The notes under the pieces were generated by a model. The model was not told the origin of the DNA. It did no database searches and saw only the letters and a list, made by a program, of their open reading frames with translations. Positions 26,932-32,000 of a DNA stretch of 32,000 nt are shown here, in pieces. A program made the position numbers and the translations under genes. The stretch is from Vibrio vulnificus CMCP6 (GTDB lineage Bacteria; Pseudomonadota; Gammaproteobacteria; Enterobacterales; Vibrionaceae), in the NCBI RefSeq assembly GCF_000039765.1, contig NC_004459.3, forward strand, positions 1,200,001 to 1,232,000. The letters run 5' to 3'. Position 1 is the stretch's first letter, and each line of letters opens with the position of its first letter.

Positions 26932-27053
26932 TTTTAGTCCGAAAACAAATGGTGACTAATATATAGGATGTTTTTTTCTTGATAAGAAAGAATGTTTTTT
27001 TTGAGATTAATATCGTGTTTGTCGTGTAATTAATAAGTTTGATACTTTGTGCA

Positions 27054-27091
27054 CAACAAAAAGCCGATGCAGTTGCATCGGCTTTGCTTTT
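27054..27091 (-). terminator. rho-independent terminator of the DUF4212/symporter operon
   Basis: On the minus strand: AAAGCCGATGCA-ac-TGCATCGGCTTT followed by TTGTTGTG. It lies about 45 nt past the symporter stop. Confidence 0.8.
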
Positions 27092-27132
27092 CCTCGGAGC
27101 TCAATCCCTACAATAAAGCTCTAAAGTGTGGA

Positions 27133-28836
27133 TCAATGGTCGTGAGCTGCGCCAGCGCCTTTCGGGTAGCGGATAGACTCAACCATTTCTTGTACATCTG
27201 ACGGTACTTCGGCAGTGAACTTGTTCACGACAATTGCTACCACAAAGTTCAGACACATACCTAGTGTACCAATGCCCTCAGGGCTGATACCGAACAACCA
27301 GTTATCCGGTGTGCTCGCAGCTGGGTTAATGAACTTGAAGTACACGATGTAAGCCGCAGTAAAGGTAATACCTGCCAACATACCCGTGATAGCGCCTTCT
27401 TTGTTCATCTTCTTATAGAAGATACCCAAGATAATCGCAGGGAAGAAGGATGAGGCTGCCAATCCGAAGGCGAATGCCACAACCTGTGCTACAAAGCCTG
27501 GAGGGTTAATACCCAAGTAGCCCGCACCGACGATGGCAATCGCTGACGCAATCCGCGCGGCCATTAACTCCTGTTTATCGGTCATATTGGGCCTAAAGCC
27601 TTTCTTCAACAAGTCATGCGAAATGGCGGTTGAGATAACCAATAGTAGGCCTGCTGCGGTAGAGAGTGCTGCTGCCAGACCACCCGCTGCCAATAGTGCC
27701 ACAACCCAGTTTGGTAGTTTTGCTAGTTCTGGAGAAGCCAGTACGATGATATCGCGGTTGATCTTCATCTCGTTGCGCTCATCGCCAGAGTAGAACATCT
27801 TGCCATCGCCATTCTTGTCTTCCCAAGCCACTAGGCCAGTGCTTTCCCAGTTTTTGTACCAGCTCGGTGCTTCTGTGCCTGCGACACCTTGCATGTCTGG
27901 ACCATTGATGGTGTCGATCATGTTAACGCGTGCAAACGCTGCCACAGCCGGTGCGGTGGTATAAAGAATCGCGATGAACACCAATGCCCAACCAGCAGAG
28001 ATACGCGCATCAGATACTTTCGGTACGGTAAAGAAGCGAATAATAACATGTGGAAGACCGGCAGTACCTACCATGAGCGCCGCACAGATGAAGAAGACGT
28101 CAACCATGCTCTTCGATCCATCGGTATAGGCGGTGAAACCGAGCTCCTGTGTTAGACCATCCAGTTTGGTGAGTAGATACTCATCGCTACCTGCCATGGT
28201 CGAACCGAAGCCAAGCTGAGGGACAGGGTTACCAGTCATCATCAAGGAAGTGAAGATCGCTGGAACCATGAAGGCAAAGATAAGCACACAGTATTGCGCT
28301 ACCTGCGTATAGGTGATGCCCTTCATGCCGCCCATAACCGCGTAGAAGAACACGATCGCCATACCGATGATGATACCCATGTTGATGTCAACTTCGAGGA
28401 AGCGTGCGAATACCACACCCACACCACGCATTTGACCAGCAACGTAAGTAAACGATACGAAAATAGCACAGAATACCGCAACCAAACGCGCCGTTCTTGA
28501 GTAGTAACGGTCGCCGATGAAATCTGGCACGGTGAACTTACCAAACTTACGTAGATAAGGGGCTAAACAAAGGGCGAGAAGTACGTAGCCACCGGTCCAA
28601 CCCATCAGGTATACCGTACCATCGTAGCCGATGAACGAGATAATACCTGCCATAGAGATAAATGATGCCGCAGACATCCAGTCCGCTGCGGTTGCCATGC
28701 CGTTGGCGACTGGGTGAACACCACCGCCAGCAACATAGAATTCACTGGTTGATCCCGCACGGGCCCAGATTGCGATGCCGATATACAGAGCAAAAGTGAT
28801 ACCGACAAGAATAAACGTCCAAGTTTGAATATCCAT
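27133..28836 (-). CDS. sodium:solute symporter family transporter, cation/acetate symporter (ActP)-like
   Basis: 567 aa with multiple TM helices. ActP-family blocks are present: FYVAGGGV...NGMATAADWMSAASFISMAGI, YDGTVYLMGWTGGY and GTAGLPHVIIRFFTV. The gene lies 12 nt downstream of the DUF4212 gene. Confidence 0.85.
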   Translation of the reverse strand: MDIQTWTFILVGITFALYIGIAIWARAGSTSEFYVAGGGVHPVANGMATAADWMSAASFISMAGIISFIGYDGTVYLMGWTGGYVLLALCLAPYLRKFGKFTVPDFIGDRYYSRTARLVAVFCAIFVSFTYVAGQMRGVGVVFARFLEVDINMGIIIGMAIVFFYAVMGGMKGITYTQVAQYCVLIFAFMVPAIFTSLMMTGNPVPQLGFGSTMAGSDEYLLTKLDGLTQELGFTAYTDGSKSMVDVFFICAALMVGTAGLPHVIIRFFTVPKVSDARISAGWALVFIAILYTTAPAVAAFARVNMIDTINGPDMQGVAGTEAPSWYKNWESTGLVAWEDKNGDGKMFYSGDERNEMKINRDIIVLASPELAKLPNWVVALLAAGGLAAALSTAAGLLLVISTAISHDLLKKGFRPNMTDKQELMAARIASAIAIVGAGYLGINPPGFVAQVVAFAFGLAASSFFPAIILGIFYKKMNKEGAITGMLAGITFTAAYIVYFKFINPAASTPDNWLFGISPEGIGTLGMCLNFVVAIVVNKFTAEVPSDVQEMVESIRYPKGAGAAHDH

Positions 28837-28848
28837 TTCCTAAACCTC

Positions 28849-29115
28849 TTAGTCTTCCTGCACGTTGTACTTCTTGTCCAGCGCATTCATGCGGACAACG
28901 TAGACAAAGATCAGCGCCACAAAGGTGTAGATCGACCCTTGCTGAGCGAACCAAAATCCGAGCTTGAAGCCACCAAACTGAATGGCATTAAGTGCATCGA
29001 CAAATAAAATTCCAGCGCCGTATGACACTAAAAACCATACTGCTAGCAGTGATCCCATGATCCCCAAGTTTTCCTTCCAGTAGGCTTGAGCATGTTCTGT
29101 TGATTCGAACGCCAT
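28849..29115 (-). CDS. DUF4212 small membrane protein (putative solute:sodium symporter small subunit)
   Basis: The 88-aa product from the ATG at 29115 (MAFESTEHAQAYWKENL...) has AAGGAG upstream and two TM helices. The ORF-track extension to 29196 has no RBS and its sequence looks non-coding. Confidence 0.75.
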   Translation of the reverse strand: MAFESTEHAQAYWKENLGIMGSLLAVWFLVSYGAGILFVDALNAIQFGGFKLGFWFAQQGSIYTFVALIFVYVVRMNALDKKYNVQED

Positions 29116-29223
29116 GGCCTTCTCCTTGTGTTTATCGTCTGAATAGATAAGTGTTAACGTAATGTTGCATTTCCTAAGATAGCAGTGTTGAGTCAAGGGA
29201 TCTGTGCAACTTTAGTCGGGGCG

Positions 29224-29258
29224 ATAAAAAGCAAAAACGCCCGAAAAATGGGCGTTTA
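29224..29258 (-). terminator. rho-independent terminator of the MarC-family gene
   Basis: On the minus strand: AAACGCCC-attttc-GGGCGTTT followed by TTGCTTTTT. Confidence 0.75.
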
Positions 29259-29330
29259 GTGAGATGGATAGCAGATTTGAGGATGTTAATTTGATGTTAA
29301 ATTAGCCAAAGGTCTAAAACATCGCACGTG

Positions 29331-29954
29331 CTACAGGTAAAAATCTTTAATTCCTTGCAGCAAATTGTTGAGTGCGACGGCGGCGAGGATCAAACCCATC
29401 ACACGGCTGATGATGGCAGCGCCAACATTGCCAATCCATTTTTGAATCGTGTTGGCTCCGAGTAACAGAACCAGTGTGATCAGCAAGACCGCCAACATGA
29501 CGCCCGCGGTAATCGCTTGATCAGCAAAGGAATAGCGATGGTTGTCTGTCAGCATCACCACCGCCATCATGGCGCCAGGTGACGCGATGGAAGGAATGGC
29601 CAGCGGGTAGACGGCCAAATCTGCGAGGGCGGATTTATCCAACTCTTCGCTTAGCTTCTGCTCTTGCTCAGGTTTACTTTCACCGAAAATCATACTCAGT
29701 GCGAATAGCAATAAAACCAGCCCACCCGCAGCCTGAAAGGCGGGTAGTGGGATCTGCATCGCTTCAAGCAGCATTTGCCCGGCGATTAAGAAAAACAGCA
29801 ATACCCCTGCTGAGATACCAACCGCTTTGAGCGCGACGAGACGACGCTGCTTGGCGGTCAGATGTTGGGTTTGCGAAAGATAAACAGGCACTGAACCAAC
29901 AGGGTCAATCACGGCCCAAAGAACAACAAATTGAGTGATGAGAATACTGAGCAA
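29331..29954 (-). CDS. MarC family (UPF0056) integral membrane protein
   Basis: 207 aa with six hydrophobic helices. The N-terminal motif VLWAVIDPVGSVPVYL is typical of MarC/YhgN proteins. The start is a TTG preceded by GGGAGG at a 7-nt spacing. Confidence 0.75.
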   Translation of the reverse strand: MLSILITQFVVLWAVIDPVGSVPVYLSQTQHLTAKQRRLVALKAVGISAGVLLFFLIAGQMLLEAMQIPLPAFQAAGGLVLLLFALSMIFGESKPEQEQKLSEELDKSALADLAVYPLAIPSIASPGAMMAVVMLTDNHRYSFADQAITAGVMLAVLLITLVLLLGANTIQKWIGNVGAAIISRVMGLILAAVALNNLLQGIKDFYL

Positions 29955-30102
29955 GGTATGGCCTCCCAGAGTTAATAACAGAGGGATGAAAAAGACAGCC
30001 CATTTGGCTGCCGAGGTATTTTACTCAAGGTATTAAAAATTTGCGTCATTAAAATGTGAACTAATATAACGAAAACTTCTGAATACCGAGTTTGGCGTTG
30101 AG

Positions 30103-30750
30103 TTATTGCTCGGGCTCTAGCTGCTGTAACAAGATCACCGCTTGGGTACGATTTTTCACCCCAAGTTTGCGGAAAATAGCCGTCATATGTGCTTTGATGG
30201 TGGCTTCAGAAACATTCAGCTCATAAGCAATTTGCTTGTTGAGCAAACCATCGGAAAGCATCCCCAGTACTTTGTATTGCTGTGGTGTTAACGCGGCGAT
30301 TTTCTCGGCCAAGTCATTACAGGCGGCGTTATTGGTGATCAATCCTTCAGGGAAATAAGGATCGCCATTGAGAACTTGGTTAAGTGCGGAAACCAGTGTG
30401 CGCATATCACTCGATTTAGGAATAAAGCCAAAAGCACCGTGGCTTTTTACTTGTGTGACCACCGCAGGTTCTTCACTAGCAGAGACCACAACGATGGGCA
30501 GGTCGGGATACTCTGCACGGAGATGGATCAAACCTGACATGCCATTGGCTCCAGGCATTTTGAGGTCAAGCAGCAGTAAATCCGGCTCTTCTTCGCGTAT
30601 AAGAAGGTTCAGCAACGCATCGAGTGAGTCCGCTTCTAGCAAGTTGGCCCCACTGACCGCCATATGCACAGACTGAAACAGCGCATTACGGAACAGGGGG
30701 TGATCATCAGCGATGATGATGGTGTAGGTCGAATCCATGACGTTAAACAC
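30103..30750 (-). CDS. crbR: NarL/FixJ-family response regulator (REC + LuxR-type HTH), CrbR-like
   Basis: 215 aa. REC: IIIADDHPLFRNAL...LLLDLKMPG...PIVVVSAS. HTH: LTPQQYKVLGMLSDGLLNKQIAYELNVSEATIKAHMTAIFRKLGV. The start is GTG at 30750 (ORF track) or ATG at 30738, and neither has a clear SD. I assign the symbol from context (crbS, acs and the symporter nearby, dsbD adjacent). Confidence 0.75.
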   Translation of the reverse strand: MFNVMDSTYTIIIADDHPLFRNALFQSVHMAVSGANLLEADSLDALLNLLIREEEPDLLLLDLKMPGANGMSGLIHLRAEYPDLPIVVVSASEEPAVVTQVKSHGAFGFIPKSSDMRTLVSALNQVLNGDPYFPEGLITNNAACNDLAEKIAALTPQQYKVLGMLSDGLLNKQIAYELNVSEATIKAHMTAIFRKLGVKNRTQAVILLQQLEPEQ

Positions 30751-30884
30751 TTTTAACTATTTCGTTAATGGAATTATTGCAGCTTTAAGAGTGTGGACAA
30801 TCTTTATACGCTAAAAGTCTGATGTAAATCGACTTTTATTAGAGAGTTTGCATATACCTCCGTTGTGAAGGTGAGAATGTGGTA

Positions 30885-30917
30885 AGAAAAAACGCCAGCA
30901 AGGTTTGCTGGCGTTTG
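30885..30917 (-). terminator. rho-independent terminator of dsbD
   Basis: On the minus strand: AACGCCAGCA-aacctt-TGCTGGCGTT followed by TTTTCTT. Confidence 0.85.
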
Positions 30918-30923
30918 AATCGG

Positions 30924-32000
30924 TTAGTTGGAAATTCGTTGAATATGCTCCAAGAAAGGCGCCGCTTGCATAAAGCCAGTGAGTCGAGCGTTTGAAACCG
31001 GATTACCTTGCGCATCCCAAAAATCGATCGTTGGTAGGCCGAGCACTTGTTGGGCCTGTAGCAGCTCAATGTCCTGTGCTTGGTTACGCGTCACGTCGGC
31101 TTGAAGCAACACAAATTGTTTGAGTTGAGCTGCCACGGCTGGGTCGTGGAAAGTGTATTTCTCGAACTCTTTACACGCCACACACCAATCGGCATAAAAG
31201 TCGAGCATTACAGGTTTTTTGGCTTGCTTGGCTAACGCCAATTGTTGTTGAAGCTCTTCGACGTTGCGGATTTTAATAAAGCTCACTTCACTGGTTTGAG
31301 TCTGTTGAGAGCTGTCAGTAAACCAATAATTGAGGGCAGGCTGAGCGGACGCAAACAGACCCAGCACGGCAATGATGCCCACCGCGCTTTGCTTCCAACC
31401 ACCAAACTCCAAACTATTTTTCACATGGTAAAGCCAGCCAAACGCCGCGATACCCAAGGCAGACCACAGCGCGGTTGACCACATTTCAGGAAGGATGCGC
31501 TCCAATAGGAAGATTGGCGCTGCCAGCAATACAAAACCAAACAGCGTTTTAACGCGATCCATCCAACCGCCCGCTTTGGGGAGCAGTTTATTTCCAAACA
31601 CCGCGACTAAAATTAAAGGGATACCCATGCCCATGGCTAAGGCATACAGCGCAACGCCCCCCGTTAAGAGATCACCACTTTGTGCCACGTACAGCAGTGC
31701 CCCAGAAAGTGGGGCGGTGGTACAAGGCGAGCACACCAAACCGGAAATGGCACCCATGGCAAAAACACCTGCACTGCTGCCCCCTTGCTGCTTATTGCTC
31801 AAATTGTTCAGCCAAGTTTGTACGCTGCTAGGCAGTTGTAAGGTGTACACCCCAAACATCGAGAGCGCTAAGGTGACAAAAAGAATACTCAGGCCGATCA
31901 ACACATAAGGGTGCTGCATGGCGGCTTGGAACTGTAAGCCAGCGGAAGCGACAACCAGACCCAGTAAGGTATAGGTCAATGCCATGCCTTGAACATAGAC
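30924..32000 (-). CDS. dsbD: thiol:disulfide interchange protein DsbD, C-terminal part (5' end outside the window)
   Basis: The frame stays open to base 32000. It encodes the DsbD transmembrane core ([12 protein letters not shown]) and the C-terminal thioredoxin-like domain with the active site [14 protein letters not shown]. Confidence 0.9.
   Translation of the reverse strand, partial: VYVQGMALTYTLLGLVVASAGLQFQAAMQHPYVLIGLSILFVTLALSMFGVYTLQLPSSVQTWLNNLSNKQQGGSSAGVFAMGAISGLVCSPCTTAPLSGALLYVAQSGDLLTGGVALYALAMGMGIPLILVAVFGNKLLPKAGGWMDRVKTLFGFVLLAAPIFLLERILPEMWSTALWSALGIAAFGWLYHVKNSLEFGGWKQSAVGIIAVLGLFASAQPALNYWFTDSSQQTQTSEVSFIKIRNVEELQQQLALAKQAKKPVMLDFYADWCVACKEFEKYTFHDPAVAAQLKQFVLLQADVTRNQAQDIELLQAQQVLGLPTIDFWDAQGNPVSNARLTGFMQAAPFLEHIQRISN

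Larger units (their letters stand above)
25273..27053 (-). other. AT-rich accessory islet carrying three tandem paralogous small genes
   Basis: There is a sharp composition shift. G+C is 18/60 at 25861-25920, against 28/60 at 24601-24660 inside crbS. The islet is bounded by the crbS hairpin and the symporter-operon terminator. No integrase, transposase or tRNA is present. Confidence 0.8.

Noticed and set aside
25299-27045. A 7-bp direct repeat, TTGATAC, near both edges of the AT-rich islet (25299-25305 and 27039-27045), considered as a possible target-site duplication or att site.
   Set aside because: It is too short to be significant across 1.8 kb of AT-rich DNA. No recombinase gene or terminal inverted repeats accompany it.
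29987-30011. Hairpin CAGCC-aaatg-GGCTG followed by TCTTTTT on the minus strand, between crbR and the MarC gene, considered as a possible crbR terminator.
   Set aside because: The stem is only 5 bp, and it lies just 33 nt upstream of the MarC TTG start, leaving no room for a marC promoter. It could be a weak attenuator, but the evidence is insufficient.
30839-31069. 76-aa minus-strand ORF overlapping the dsbD 3' end and its terminator.
   Set aside because: It is out of frame within dsbD and spans the terminator hairpin, and it has no RBS.
1-32000. I looked for tRNA/rRNA genes, CRISPR arrays, IS elements or transposases, integrases, prophage genes, toxin-antitoxin pairs and known defence-system signatures.
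   Set aside because: I recognised none. The only repeats are the tandem paralogue duplication and short hairpins. All large ORFs other than the islet genes have clear housekeeping or regulatory identities.

Overview
This 32-kb window looks like a Vibrio chromosome-I segment (V. cholerae-clade-like, roughly 47% GC by spot counts). That call rests on recognised protein sequences and gene order, not on a search. Most of it is core genes. In order these are the hemE 3' end, a UDG-family/2-hydroxyacid-dehydrogenase pair, yjaG-hupA-yjaH, a CNNM/CBS membrane protein, purH-purD, zntR, an sCache-type chemoreceptor, dusB-fis, prmA and aroQ-accB-accC. An acetate-switch neighbourhood follows. It holds acs, a DEDDh exonuclease paired with a cNMP/CBS/DUF294 nucleotidyltransferase, an HcaT-like MFS transporter, and the SSS-domain hybrid histidine kinase CrbS. 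It continues with a DUF4212 + ActP-like symporter operon, a MarC-family protein, the NarL/LuxR-type response regulator CrbR, and the 3' part of dsbD. The only clearly accessory stretch is a ~1.8-kb AT-rich islet (25273-27053, about 30% GC) between crbS and the symporter operon. It carries three tandem, diverged paralogues of a small protein I cannot place in a family. The protein has a beta-sandwich-like N-terminal pattern and an invariant Cys pair. Only the promoter-proximal copy keeps a signal peptide, and all three copies have an inverted repeat at nearly the same codon position. This islet is my best candidate for an undescribed system. The second candidate is the uncharacterised nucleotidyltransferase/exonuclease pair next to acs. 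Other observations are a 25-bp near-perfect palindrome upstream of acs, a terminator-like hairpin inside purH-purD, and candidate PurR and dusB-fis promoter elements. I saw no tRNA, rRNA, CRISPR, IS element, transposase or integrase. Several ORF-track starts are over-extended, and I corrected them using RBS position, homologue N-termini or overlap with terminators.
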